Positions 20,223-30,177 of a stretch of DNA of 64,000 bases are shown here, one piece after another. The notes under the pieces are model-generated. The model saw only the letters and a program-made list of their open reading frames with translations, was not told where the DNA came from and did not search any database. A program made the position numbers and the translations under genes. The DNA comes from Candidatus Melainabacteria bacterium 17Bon1m. Lineage in GTDB: Bacteria > Cyanobacteriota > Vampirovibrionia > Obscuribacterales > Obscuribacteraceae. Location of the stretch: assembly GCA_032128875.1 (NCBI GenBank), contig JAVLKG010000002.1, forward strand, positions 1 to 64,000, read 5' to 3'. Positions within the stretch are counted from its first letter, which is position 1. Each line of letters opens with the position of its first letter.

Positions 20223-20377
20223 GTTTTTGGTTTCCTTTTGGACGTCGGATTAGAGCGGTCTGAAGCCCCAAAAGTTCCCGAAATCCGCCACAAATAGTAC
20301 TTAGGCGGCAGTAAAGCGGAAAAAGATGAATATCCCGGTCGAATTCGCCTACAGAATTTGCCTATATTAAGGATTCC

Positions 20378-20402
20378 GGAACTTACCGCCCTATGCCGCG
20401 TC
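20378..20402 (+). promoter_or_regulatory. ECF-type promoter GGAAC-N16-CGTC
   Basis: 32 nt upstream of the HlyD gene ATG. Confidence 0.6.
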
Positions 20403-20434
20403 ATCCCCCCAGAGCCTAAACGGAGGAGACCAGG

Positions 20435-21499
20435 ATGTCCGCAAAAGCGACGGGCGATACGCTAGATAAGGAAAATGCCGGAAGCGGATCCGTGTATTCG
20501 AAAGGCGACAAAGTCCACGAATCGGAAAACCTATTTGAACAACCATCAGGATCTTTCGCCCCCTCCAAGTTGTTTCACTTTAACGCCATCGCTTTTATCG
20601 TTGGCTTCGCAGCGCTGCTTGCGCTTATTGCCTTTGTCTCAATGCAATTTCTCAAGTCTAATGACTCCAACATTATTGAATTGAGTGGTCGTATCGAAGC
20701 CCCTGAAACACACATCTCCGCTATAGCGAACACCCGCGTTAAGTCAGTCCTGGTCAATGAAGGAGACCCGGTCAAGAAAGGCCAACTCCTTATAGAACTC
20801 GACACCGGCGTCATTCAAAAGAAAGTCGGAAATGTTCAACAATATATTTCGCAGGCATCAAGAGCCAGTCAACAAGCTGATCTTCACGCCGCCGCCGTGC
20901 AGAGCCAAGTCAATGAAGCGAAAAAGAAATCGCGTGGATTTTGGACTAGAGTCTTTACCAGTCCTAAAGGTAGAGCTAAGGAAGGCGAACGTCTGCGCGG
21001 GGAAATGTTGGAAGCTCGTATGTTGCAAATGCAGGCACGCGCCGCTGTCGCGAAAGCTCATGCTATGAACAATGCCGCTAAAGAAGCTAAGACTAACTTT
21101 AATATCACAAGTCCGATTGCAGGCATCATCGAGACCAGAAGCATCGAGCCGGGAGAATTGGTTGCGACAGGACAAGTCCTTTTGACCATCGTTGATCCGC
21201 AGGCAGTCTACATGAAAGGCTACATCCCTGAAGGTGATATCGGCAAAATCAAACTGGGGCAAGAAGCCGACGTTTACTTTGACTCGGACAGTAAGACGGC
21301 GCACAAAGCACATATCACTTCCATCGATCGCACGCCTTCGTTTACACCTGAGAATGTTTATTTCAAAGACGACAGAGTTCGCCAGGTGTTCGGCGTAAAA
21401 CTCGCGCTTGATCGCCCGGATGGGCTCGCTAAGCCCGGAATGTCGGCGGACGCGAAGATAGATTTGAAAAGCAAATACAACTCAATAGGACAAGATTAG
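20435..21499 (+). CDS. HlyD-family periplasmic adaptor (YbhG-like)
   Basis: TM anchor, LSGRIEA, lipoyl halves EGDPVKKGQLL and ITSPIAG, FTPENVYFKDDR, KPGMSAD. Confidence 0.92.
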   Translation: MSAKATGDTLDKENAGSGSVYSKGDKVHESENLFEQPSGSFAPSKLFHFNAIAFIVGFAALLALIAFVSMQFLKSNDSNIIELSGRIEAPETHISAIANTRVKSVLVNEGDPVKKGQLLIELDTGVIQKKVGNVQQYISQASRASQQADLHAAAVQSQVNEAKKKSRGFWTRVFTSPKGRAKEGERLRGEMLEARMLQMQARAAVAKAHAMNNAAKEAKTNFNITSPIAGIIETRSIEPGELVATGQVLLTIVDPQAVYMKGYIPEGDIGKIKLGQEADVYFDSDSKTAHKAHITSIDRTPSFTPENVYFKDDRVRQVFGVKLALDRPDGLAKPGMSADAKIDLKSKYNSIGQD

Positions 21500-21561
21500 T
21501 TCATATGAAAATCTAGACCAACTAATGTGTCAAGAAATCAGTTTATGGGGCAAGGTAAGCA

Positions 21562-23553
21562 GTGACGACGTCAGTGTCAACGAAGTCAGAGATCAAGCAG
21601 TCAATCGGGGCTATCATCAATGTCGATGGTCTGGTGAAGCGCTACAAAGATGGCACAGAAGCGCTCAAGAACTTGATCTTGCAAGTGCAGCCGGGTGAGC
21701 TGTTCGGTCTTGTCGGACCGGATGGCGCCGGCAAGTCGTCTGCATTGAAAATCCTTGCTGGAATCATGGAACCTACTTCCGGCAAGGTCAGCGTGCTGGA
21801 CAGAAAGCCTAGCGACGCTCGCAAATTTATCGGGTATGTTCCGCAAGGTGGTGCTCTCTATCCTGATTTGAGTATCGATGAAAATCTCAGATATGAAGCT
21901 GGAATGCATGGCATTAACCAGAGGGATTTTGAGCAACTGCGTGAAACGCATTTACGCAACATGGGTCTTTTGCAGTTTTCCGATCGGCTTGCAGGGCAAT
22001 TGTCCGGCGGGATGAAACAGAAATTGGCTCTGTGCTGTGCTCTCGTTACGCAGCCGAAGGTTATTTTTCTGGACGAACCGACCACCGGACTCGATCCGAT
22101 TTCTCGTCGCGAACTCTGGCAAGCTCTGGCTGTGCTCGGTCAAGAAGGTGTCACCACTGTGGTGGCAACACCCTTCCTCGATGAAGCTGAGCGTTGTCAC
22201 CGTGTCGCTCTCATGTATGACGGAGCGGTGCATGAAATAGGAACGCCGGCGGACTTGAAGAAGAATTTGGGTTTGAAAAAGCTCGAGATTGCCGTTAAGA
22301 ACGACCCGCAGACAATTAAAGCATTGGGTCAGCTGTCCTTCGATGATTCTGAGAATATTGCCGACATTTGCCCTTTTGGAGATCACCTAGAGGTTTTGTG
22401 CAAGGATGCGAAGCTCGCCAAAGAGGAAGTAGGCATCACTCTTTCGAAGGCCAATATTGAAGTTCGCGATATCGCCGAAACAGCACCCAATCTGGAAAAT
22501 GTCTTTATCACGAAATTGAAATCATTGACAAGTAAAGTGATGCACACTGTCCCTTTTCCTCATCTTCGAGGGGCGAGCGCAGAGACAAAGCATGGTGTTG
22601 CATTGAAAGCTGAAAAATTGAATAAGACTTTCGGGCATTTCAAAGCAGTCGACAACGTCGATATTGAGCTGCGTTTTGGTGAAATTTTCGGGTTGCTTGG
22701 TGCAAACGGCGCTGGCAAAACTACAACAATTAAAATGCTCTGCCGGTTGCTGAAACCAACATCAGGCACGGTCTCGATTCTTGGTGATTCCGGCAACGAG
22801 CGCAGTAAGGAAGTGCGCAAGAAAATCGGCTATATGAGCCAGAAGTTTACTCTGTACGATAATCTGACGGTGACGGAAAACCTTGAGTTCTACGCAGGCA
22901 TCTACGAAATTCCGCTCGATTTGCGGCAACGTCAAATTGACTGGGTTGTTGAAGCTTGCGATTTGGAGGAGATAAAAGATTCGCTGGTAAAAAATCTGCC
23001 TTTGGGTTGGAAACAGCGGATCGCGTTTGGTGCAGCAGTCATGCACGAGCCCGAAATCATCTTTCTTGATGAGCCGACGGCAGGGGTTGACCCACTCGCA
23101 AGGCGGCAGTTGTGGAAACTAATTCGGGAATTCGCTGCTAATGGTGCCGTCATTTTAGTGACGACCCATTATTTGGACGAAGCTGAATTTTGCAATCGCA
23201 TGGCTTTTATGGCTTCGAGCAAAATTGTTGCTCAAGGCTCTCCTCAAGAGCTTAAAGCCGCACCTGATGGAGAACTCTTCGAGGTAAAAACAGCCGATAC
23301 TCAGCGAGCATTCCAAATCTTGAGCGAAGAGCTGGAGCATTGGAGAGTTTCTATTTTCGGTAGCGATTTACACGTTTTGCTGGATAATTCGAAGTCCGAA
23401 TTGGAGCATGTAGAGTCAATCTTGAACTCTTCAGGTTGCGAAGTTGTTTCTATACGTCCGATTGCATTCTCGCTGGAAGATGCGTTCATCGATGTTGTTC
23501 AGCACAAAGGAAAACGGTCGAAGTTGAGCGAAGGCGGAAAAGACAGTGAATAA
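21562..23553 (+). CDS. ABC transporter ATP-binding protein with two ATPase domains (YbhF-like)
   Basis: GPDGAGKS/LSGGMKQ/LDEPT and GANGAGKT/LPLGWKQR/LDEPT. Confidence 0.95.
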   Translation: MTTSVSTKSEIKQSIGAIINVDGLVKRYKDGTEALKNLILQVQPGELFGLVGPDGAGKSSALKILAGIMEPTSGKVSVLDRKPSDARKFIGYVPQGGALYPDLSIDENLRYEAGMHGINQRDFEQLRETHLRNMGLLQFSDRLAGQLSGGMKQKLALCCALVTQPKVIFLDEPTTGLDPISRRELWQALAVLGQEGVTTVVATPFLDEAERCHRVALMYDGAVHEIGTPADLKKNLGLKKLEIAVKNDPQTIKALGQLSFDDSENIADICPFGDHLEVLCKDAKLAKEEVGITLSKANIEVRDIAETAPNLENVFITKLKSLTSKVMHTVPFPHLRGASAETKHGVALKAEKLNKTFGHFKAVDNVDIELRFGEIFGLLGANGAGKTTTIKMLCRLLKPTSGTVSILGDSGNERSKEVRKKIGYMSQKFTLYDNLTVTENLEFYAGIYEIPLDLRQRQIDWVVEACDLEEIKDSLVKNLPLGWKQRIAFGAAVMHEPEIIFLDEPTAGVDPLARRQLWKLIREFAANGAVILVTTHYLDEAEFCNRMAFMASSKIVAQGSPQELKAAPDGELFEVKTADTQRAFQILSEELEHWRVSIFGSDLHVLLDNSKSELEHVESILNSSGCEVVSIRPIAFSLEDAFIDVVQHKGKRSKLSEGGKDSE

Positions 23554-24664
23554 AGTAATGGTGCAAGCTAACAAAGAATGGTGCGAACTCAGGCGAGATC
23601 GTTTCAGTCTCGCGCTCGCATTTCTGCTGCCGCTTTTCTCTCTGCTATTGTTCGGCTTCGGCATTAGGCTTGAATCGAAAAATATTCCAATTGTGATTCG
23701 CGATTTGAGCGACTCATTCATCAGCCGGGAGTATGTCGATCGACTGTATGCCACCAATATTTTTAAACAGTCCAAAGCCGATCCCAAAGAATCGCCTGGA
23801 GATGCCATCAAAAGCGGAGAAGCTAAGGTGGCGATGATTATCCCTAAAGACTTTACTCGCCAAATTTACAGAGGCAATTCTGCGGCGCCGCAAGTAATGA
23901 TTGACGGTACGGATATTGCCAATACTCAAGTGATTTTCAACAGTATCAAAGCTGCCAACCTATATTACTTGGCAATGCTCAAGGAAGAACGCATGCCTGA
24001 CGCCGCGGTGCAGTGGGTAAAGCCGCACCTGAGGCTACTTTTCAATCCCGGGCGAGAAGAAACGCTATTCATTGTTCCTGGTGCTTTTGGTGTCATCTTG
24101 TGGATGTTTCCGGCGCTCCTAGGAGCCGTCGCAGCGTCACGTGAGAAAGAACAAGAGACAATCATTCGAGTCTACTCCGCCAACCCGCACCCGCTTCAGT
24201 TCGTACTCGGAAAAGCTTTTGTCTATTGGTCTGTCAGTTTGGTGATGGCTGCGTTGATAATGGTCACCGGATTTGCGCTATTTGGAATCAAGCCAGTCGG
24301 CGACCCAACCGCCCTGCTGATTTCCACGCCAATTTACGTCCTGGTTTCAGTCTCATTCGGTCTGATGCTAGGAACCTGGGCAAACTCTCAGACCACCGCC
24401 GTTCAAGCGACTTCGACATTGGGTTTTTTCCCTTGCCTGTTGCTCTCCGGTTTTGTCTACCCGATCAGCAATATTCCGTTTCCCCTATCGCTTTTTTCGC
24501 TGATCGTACCAGCCCGATATTTCATTGAGTTGACTAGAGACGCATTTGTCCGGGGATGCGGATGGCCTGCAGTTTGGCCGATACCTCTTATTCTATTAGG
24601 CTTTGCTATTGCTTTTATTGGTTTGAGTTGGCTCGGATTACGCCGAATGCAATTGAAGGATTGA
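23546..24664 (+). CDS. ABC-2 type permease (YbhS-like)
   Basis: KEW..LRRDR, FNP, REKE, LLSGFVYPISNIP. Confidence 0.92.
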   Translation: MNKVMVQANKEWCELRRDRFSLALAFLLPLFSLLLFGFGIRLESKNIPIVIRDLSDSFISREYVDRLYATNIFKQSKADPKESPGDAIKSGEAKVAMIIPKDFTRQIYRGNSAAPQVMIDGTDIANTQVIFNSIKAANLYYLAMLKEERMPDAAVQWVKPHLRLLFNPGREETLFIVPGAFGVILWMFPALLGAVAASREKEQETIIRVYSANPHPLQFVLGKAFVYWSVSLVMAALIMVTGFALFGIKPVGDPTALLISTPIYVLVSVSFGLMLGTWANSQTTAVQATSTLGFFPCLLLSGFVYPISNIPFPLSLFSLIVPARYFIELTRDAFVRGCGWPAVWPIPLILLGFAIAFIGLSWLGLRRMQLKD

Positions 24665-24675
24665 GGTCGATCTCA

Positions 24676-25845
24676 ATGAATATCATTCAAAGAATTAGAG
24701 CCAGTCACCTTTATTCTCTTATCCTCAAAGAGGCAAGAGAGATAATGCGCAATCCCTATTTGCTTTTCCTGATTCTGGTGCCGCCGACAATTCAATTATT
24801 GATTCTTGGTGGTGCTCTTGATCCGCAAGTTCGTCATTTGTCTCTTGCGACAGTCGATCATTCACAAACAAAGCAAAGTCGCGATCTGGTCGCGAGTTTG
24901 ACTTCGAGTGGAGTCTTTCCAAAGAACACGTATGTTGCTGATGAAGACAAACTTTTAGATAAACTCGAGCGAGGAGACTTGGATGTCGGTTTGGTAATTC
25001 CCAAAACCTTTTCGCAACAGTTAAATCGCAAACAAGCGGCTGATGTTCAGGTACTCGTCGATGGTGCCGATGCTTACACTGCGGGAATAGCGCGCGCGTA
25101 TGTTCTGCGCACGATACACGATTTCCACCCCGAAGGTATGAAAGCACCACAGTTCAAATTGCCCAGTGCAGTGCGTACAGACAAGGAAATGGATGCGTCT
25201 AAGATTATCGATCCGAAGGTGGACATTCTCTACAATCCGGACCAAGAAAGCAGTTGGTATTTCATTCCCGGGATTCTTGGTGCGTGTCTCACATTGACCG
25301 GTACTCTCGTTGCTGCGGCTACTGTGTTGAAAGAGCGCGAACGCGGCACCATGGAGCAATTGCTCATGACACCTGCGGAAGCATGGGAAATTTTGCTCGC
25401 CAAAATCATTCCGCTTGTGACCTTTTTGATGGGTGATGTGTTGCTTGCCATTTTTGCCGCGCAAATAATCTTTCACATGCCTTTCCGCGGCAATTTACTC
25501 CTTTTCTTGTTTGCTTCGGCATTGTATGCCTTCGTGGGCATTGGCTTTGGGATGTTGCTCGGCTCTGTTTGCCGCAGCCAGCGCCAGGCGCAACTTGCGT
25601 CTTTCTTCATTAATATTCCTCTGATTTTGCTGTCGGGCACCGTTGTTCCGTTGGATACTATGCCGCCTGTGATGCAAGCTATTTCGATCGTGGACCCTTT
25701 GCGCTATTACACCCTGGTCGCGCGGGGCGTAATACTCAAAGGGGCGACATTCTCGATGTTATGGCAGCAGGTCGCACTTCTTGCACTTTCTGCCATGCTC
25801 GTTTTAATGGTTAGTGCCAATCGCTTCCGCCGTCAATTGATTTAA
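24676..25845 (+). CDS. ABC-2 type permease (YbhR-like)
   Basis: LILKE, YNP, KERERGTMEQLLMTP, LLSG..P..TMP; ATG at 24676 preferred to 24556. Confidence 0.92.
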   Translation: MNIIQRIRASHLYSLILKEAREIMRNPYLLFLILVPPTIQLLILGGALDPQVRHLSLATVDHSQTKQSRDLVASLTSSGVFPKNTYVADEDKLLDKLERGDLDVGLVIPKTFSQQLNRKQAADVQVLVDGADAYTAGIARAYVLRTIHDFHPEGMKAPQFKLPSAVRTDKEMDASKIIDPKVDILYNPDQESSWYFIPGILGACLTLTGTLVAAATVLKERERGTMEQLLMTPAEAWEILLAKIIPLVTFLMGDVLLAIFAAQIIFHMPFRGNLLLFLFASALYAFVGIGFGMLLGSVCRSQRQAQLASFFINIPLILLSGTVVPLDTMPPVMQAISIVDPLRYYTLVARGVILKGATFSMLWQQVALLALSAMLVLMVSANRFRRQLI

Positions 25846-25912
25846 TCAGAGCACGTGTAGCCTGATAGGAGAATGAAATTAGAATGTTTGGTAAGGTGGC
25901 TTTAGAAAGATT

Positions 25913-26416
25913 TTGATGAAAACTATGCCTGTACGAAACCTGGAAATACCTATAACCAACTTTCATCCGGTCGCAGAGGGAATTTACCGCGGCGGCCGTC
26001 CTTCTCGTGAGGGTCTAAAGGCACTTAGCCAGAATGGTTTTAAGACCGTTTTATCCTTTCGCTGGAGAAAGGCTCCGATCGCCGTGGAAAGGACTTACGT
26101 CGAAGAGCTTGGCATGAAGTTTATAAACATTCCACTCAATTACTGGAGTCTTCCTAATAAGAGTCAAATTGACGCCTTTCTCGCAGTCATTGATGACAGG
26201 CGGAATTTCCCTATCTTTGTGCACTGTTTTCACGGTGCAGATAGGACTGGATTGCTTCTGGCTATCTATCGAGTAGTGCGATGCGGATGGTCATTTGATG
26301 AGGCTTACAAAGAAATGGTTGCCTGCGGATTTCATCGGCTTCGCACGCAGCATTATAAGTGGGCGCTCTGGAGATTGGCTCGTAAAACCGCGGCTGAAGC
26401 TGCTTCAAGAGAGTAA
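25913..26416 (+). CDS. cytoplasmic Cys-based tyrosine/dual-specificity phosphatase-fold protein
   Basis: NFHPV..IYRGGRP, active site HCFHGADRTG; no signal peptide. Confidence 0.9.
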   Translation: MMKTMPVRNLEIPITNFHPVAEGIYRGGRPSREGLKALSQNGFKTVLSFRWRKAPIAVERTYVEELGMKFINIPLNYWSLPNKSQIDAFLAVIDDRRNFPIFVHCFHGADRTGLLLAIYRVVRCGWSFDEAYKEMVACGFHRLRTQHYKWALWRLARKTAAEAASRE

Positions 26417-26513
26417 AGCCATCCTTCAATCCGGAAAGATTCTGAGAATTTGAGCTCTGGCAACAGTTTGAAACCCTAATAGGCGTACTCTTGGCGGCGC
26501 TCGAGGACGCTCG

Positions 26514-26538
26514 GGAACTTGAGGCATACGTTCGCGTC
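26514..26538 (+). promoter_or_regulatory. ECF-type promoter GGAAC-N16-CGTC
   Basis: Upstream of the 26575 lipoprotein gene. Confidence 0.6.
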
Positions 26539-26574
26539 TCCTAGGCGTCAGCTGAAACGTAATGATTATGACGT

Positions 26575-27171
26575 TTGGAGAACTCGGAGAAGGTTATGAG
26601 AAGTGTCGCGCTGGGGAAAGAATCACGAATTGCATTTAGCCAAAGAATGCCAGTTTACTTTGTTTTGATTGTATTAGCGTGTATCGCTCTCACCGGATGC
26701 CGCTCTGGTGAAGTTAATAACATGGTTTATTGGGGTCCTATTCCCAATCAGAAAAAGATGGTGGAGCTTAAAGCTCAAGGTGTTAAGTCCATCATTAACT
26801 GCCGCCTAAATCGGCTGCCAAAGCTCGAGAAGAAGGCTAATGAAATTGGTTTGAATTGGGTGCACATCCCGACCGGGTTATTCATCTCGCCCGGAGAAGA
26901 GCAGATCAAACAGTTTGTCACTGTGATGAATGATCCCAGCATGACTCCTGTCTACGTGTGCGACCAAGTTGCTCGTGATAGAACGCAATTCTACGCCGCA
27001 GTTGGTGGCATGGTAACTGAAAAATGGCCCGCTGAGAAAGCATCTAAAGCAATGTACTTGAATGGTCTGCGCCACTGGTGGCCATGGTTCTATGACTACA
27101 AGAATGTAGTTAAAGAACACGAAGCGATGATTCACGGAACTGAAGAGAAGAAGACTGCAGAGGCACTATAA
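26575..27171 (+). CDS. PTP/DSP-fold lipoprotein, probable pseudophosphatase (YVCDQVARDR)
   Basis: Lipobox LTGC; paralog of 17218; Asp occupies the aligned catalytic-Cys position; start uncertain. Confidence 0.75.
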   Translation: MENSEKVMRSVALGKESRIAFSQRMPVYFVLIVLACIALTGCRSGEVNNMVYWGPIPNQKKMVELKAQGVKSIINCRLNRLPKLEKKANEIGLNWVHIPTGLFISPGEEQIKQFVTVMNDPSMTPVYVCDQVARDRTQFYAAVGGMVTEKWPAEKASKAMYLNGLRHWWPWFYDYKNVVKEHEAMIHGTEEKKTAEAL

Positions 27172-27198
27172 CTGCGGAATTCTGCTCACGTCCGACGC

Positions 27199-27216
27199 GC
27201 CGGGAGCAATCCCGGC
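27199..27216. terminator. hairpin between convergent genes
   Basis: GCCGGGA-GCAA-TCCCGGC. Confidence 0.5.
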
Positions 27217-27235
27217 TCGTTTGGCTTTAATGTAC

Positions 27236-27256
27236 GGGCGACGCATGGCGTCGACC
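27236..27256. repeat. REP-like palindrome, copy 2
   Basis: GGGCGACGCATGGCGTCGACC preceded by GTAC; reverse complement carries the core CGACGCCATGCGTCG. Confidence 0.7.
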
Positions 27257-27261
27257 GGCCT

Positions 27262-28323
27262 TTACGACCAGCCTTTAACCTTGGCGTTGCCGTTGATCAT
27301 TGCTTGCATCGGCACGCTGAAGAACACGTATGGATGCGCTGGCTCCAAGGCACTAACTTCATCCAATTCATCTCTATGTTCTTTGCTGATCATGAAATTG
27401 AGAGCGCCGAGATTGTCTTCCAATTGCGGTAATTTTGTCGCACCGATGATCGTGGATGTAATGCCGGGCGAGGTCGCCACCCAGTTGAGCGCGATCTGCG
27501 CGGGTGTTCTTCCGATTTCTTTTGATAGCGACACAAGTTTGTCGACGATTTTCCAGTTGCGCTCGGTGAAGAGTTTTTCAAAGCTCGGGTTGCCGGTGTC
27601 TTTCATTTTTGACATTCTGCCATTGCCGGACTCGAGTTTGTCTCTCTTGTACTTTCCAGTCAGCATGCCGCTCGCCAATGGGCTCCATGGACAGATGCCG
27701 ACGCCTAATTCTTTGCACGCGGGGACGTGCTCGTTTTCGATAGTACGCTCCAAAAGTGAGTATTCTACTTGAAGCCCGATCAGTTTATGCATCCCTTTCA
27801 AGTCGGCAATTGTCTGCATCTTTGCCAGATACCATGCCGGTACATCTGACAAACCGAAGTATCTAATTTTGCCTTCTTTGACGAGGTCATTCAGAGTGAG
27901 AAGAACTTCTTCAACGGGCGTGAACATATCCCAAGCATGCAACCAATACAAGTCGATGTAGTCGGTGTTGAGCCGTTTTAGCGAACCTTCCAGAGCGCGG
28001 TAAATATTTTTTCGTCCATTGCCACCTGCATTTGGATTGCCAGGTTGTGCGCAGAACGTAAATTTGGTCGCGATAATCATTTGGTCGCGCAACTTTCTTT
28101 CTTTGACAAATTTGCCTACAAACTCTTCGCTCTTACCGTTCGTATAACCATCGGCGGTATCAACGAAATTTCCGCCTTTGTCGACATATGCATCGAAAAT
28201 CGCCTTGGCGGTTTCTTCAGAACTGCCCCATCCCCAATCCTCGCCAAATGTCATTGCACCCAGACAGAGTGGGCTTACCTTAAGTCCTGAACGTCCGAGT
28301 GTAGTGTACTGATTTAGCTTCAT
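27262..28323 (-). CDS. aldo/keto reductase
   Basis: LGRSGLKVSPLCLG, DTADGY, ATKF, SLKRLNTDYIDLY, WSPLASG. Confidence 0.95.
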   Translation of the reverse strand: MKLNQYTTLGRSGLKVSPLCLGAMTFGEDWGWGSSEETAKAIFDAYVDKGGNFVDTADGYTNGKSEEFVGKFVKERKLRDQMIIATKFTFCAQPGNPNAGGNGRKNIYRALEGSLKRLNTDYIDLYWLHAWDMFTPVEEVLLTLNDLVKEGKIRYFGLSDVPAWYLAKMQTIADLKGMHKLIGLQVEYSLLERTIENEHVPACKELGVGICPWSPLASGMLTGKYKRDKLESGNGRMSKMKDTGNPSFEKLFTERNWKIVDKLVSLSKEIGRTPAQIALNWVATSPGITSTIIGATKLPQLEDNLGALNFMISKEHRDELDEVSALEPAHPYVFFSVPMQAMINGNAKVKGWS

Positions 28324-28364
28324 CTCTTATTCCTTGTTTAAACGCGACTGGTCCGAAAAATTGA

Positions 28365-28386
28365 AGGGAGGCAGCAACGCCTCCCT
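28365..28386 (-). terminator. hairpin between the two AKR genes
   Basis: AGGGAGGC...GCCTCCCT followed on the minus strand by TCAATTTTT. Confidence 0.55.
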
Positions 28387-28392
28387 CATGAT

Positions 28393-29394
28393 TTACTTCG
28401 CTGCCGCAGTCAATTCCAGCGAGCGCAGGTGGTTGTTGATTTCGTCAATGTCTTCCTTGCTCAATTTGACGTTTTGCGCTTTGAGGTTTTCCTTGGTTTG
28501 CGCTGCGTCACGCGCCCCGACCAGTGCTGCGGTGATGCCCGGTTGAGCGATTGTCCATGCGATTACCAGCTGTCCAAGAGTCGCATCATGCTTGTCCGCG
28601 ACCGGTTTGATCTTGTCCAGGAAAGCGTTTACGCGCTTGATGTTTTCTGGTTGGAAATGCACTTGATTGGCGCGGTGGTCACCGTCTTTGAATTGGACGT
28701 CCGGCTTGAACTTGCCAGTGAGCAAACCGCGCTGAAGCGGGCTGTATACGATAGAGCCGATGTTGTGCTCGCGGCAGTAGGGCAGAACATCCTTTTCGAT
28801 ATCGCGTAGCACCATGCTGTAGGGAGGTTGGTTTGATGCAACCGGGCAAACTTTGGTTGCTTCCTGCAGGTCGCTGACCGAGAAGTTGCTCACGCCGACG
28901 GCGCGAATTTTGCCTTCTTTGAGCAGTTGTTGCATCGCTTCCATTGTTTCTTCAACCGGCGTTGAAGGGTCGCGCCAGTGGCACTGATACAGATCGATGT
29001 AGTCTGTTTCCAGTCGTTTGAGGCTGTTTTCACACTCTTGGATGATGCTTTTCTTTCGAGCATTACGGTAGATGTTGCGGTCGCCATACTCTTCATCAGA
29101 CCAATCGAAGAAGTGAGCGCCTTCTGTAGAATCCCATCTCAAGCCATATTTCGTCAGGATTTGGACTTTGTCTCTTTTGCCTTTTACAGCTTTAGCAACG
29201 ATTTCTTCGCTGCGACCGTAGCCATAAATTGCGGCTGTGTCGATGGACGTGGCGCCACCGTCGATGCTTGCGTGAATGGCTTCGATAGCGTCTTTCTCTT
29301 CCGCTCCGCCCCACATCCAGCCGGCAATGGCCCAAGCTCCGAATACGATTGCCGATACTTCTAAATCACTTGTGCCGAGTTTACGAAATTCCAT
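28393..29394 (-). CDS. aldo/keto reductase
   Basis: DTAAIYG, TKYG, SLKRLETDYIDLYQCH, GVSNF, YSPLQRGLLTGK. Confidence 0.95.
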   Translation of the reverse strand: MEFRKLGTSDLEVSAIVFGAWAIAGWMWGGAEEKDAIEAIHASIDGGATSIDTAAIYGYGRSEEIVAKAVKGKRDKVQILTKYGLRWDSTEGAHFFDWSDEEYGDRNIYRNARKKSIIQECENSLKRLETDYIDLYQCHWRDPSTPVEETMEAMQQLLKEGKIRAVGVSNFSVSDLQEATKVCPVASNQPPYSMVLRDIEKDVLPYCREHNIGSIVYSPLQRGLLTGKFKPDVQFKDGDHRANQVHFQPENIKRVNAFLDKIKPVADKHDATLGQLVIAWTIAQPGITAALVGARDAAQTKENLKAQNVKLSKEDIDEINNHLRSLELTAAAK

Positions 29395-29594
29395 GCCAGA
29401 GTCCCCCGTGGTTCACTCTTCTGAGTGGACTGACCGCGCTTTGTGGCTGAAGATCTTATCTCATTCGATCTCTTGGAAAATGGCATGAAGATAAAACCTG
29501 GACGTATATCGCGCAGGTGAGGCTTTGCCGGATTCACTTTCTTCATAAATGTGGCAAAAGGTTGACCATTCGCCGGGTTTTCACCGCTGATATC

Positions 29595-30017
29595 TCAATA
29601 GTCGCCTTTTGGCGCTCGTCGATTTTGTTTCTTCGAGGAGTTAATACGTTTTGAGTCGGTTCGTCGCTTTACCGATGCCTGAGTTGGTTTGGTCGCGCGT
29701 CTAATTGTCGGCGGCGTAATGATTTCTAAAATCATCTCTTTCAGTTTTTCGCGGCAGTCTTCAACGTTTTGCCCCTGGTCACGCGTCTTTTGACTAGTTA
29801 TGAGAATGCTGCCCTCAGCAGTCAGACGATTTGCAAACTTAGCTAGAAATCTGTTGCGTGCACCAAAAGGCAGGCTTTGGCTCGCCGTTACATTCCATCG
29901 AAGAACCGCTTTGCTGTTGACTTTGTTGACGTTCTGCCCGCCAGGACCGCCACTGCGAGCAAATGTAATTTCGAACTCTTCGTCCGGAATTTCTACTGTT
30001 TCGCTGATGGTAAGCAT
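29595..30017 (-). CDS. arfB: alternative ribosome rescue peptidyl-tRNA hydrolase ArfB
   Basis: RSGGPGGQNVNKVNSK, SQKTRDQ..N, basic tail RRATKPT...KRR. Confidence 0.95.
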   Translation of the reverse strand: MLTISETVEIPDEEFEITFARSGGPGGQNVNKVNSKAVLRWNVTASQSLPFGARNRFLAKFANRLTAEGSILITSQKTRDQGQNVEDCREKLKEMILEIITPPTIRRATKPTQASVKRRTDSKRINSSKKQNRRAPKGDY

Positions 30018-30177
30018 CGGTGCCTCGTTGTGTTGCTCTCAACATAATAACCTCAAAGCCATCAAGAGTGGCAGCCCGTGTACTAAATATGCAGTATGTG
30101 TGTGAAGCACGATAGGACGTTGCATTTGCGTCAGAGTGCCTGGCACTATATCCTGAATTGGTTCAAGGAGGACGGTT

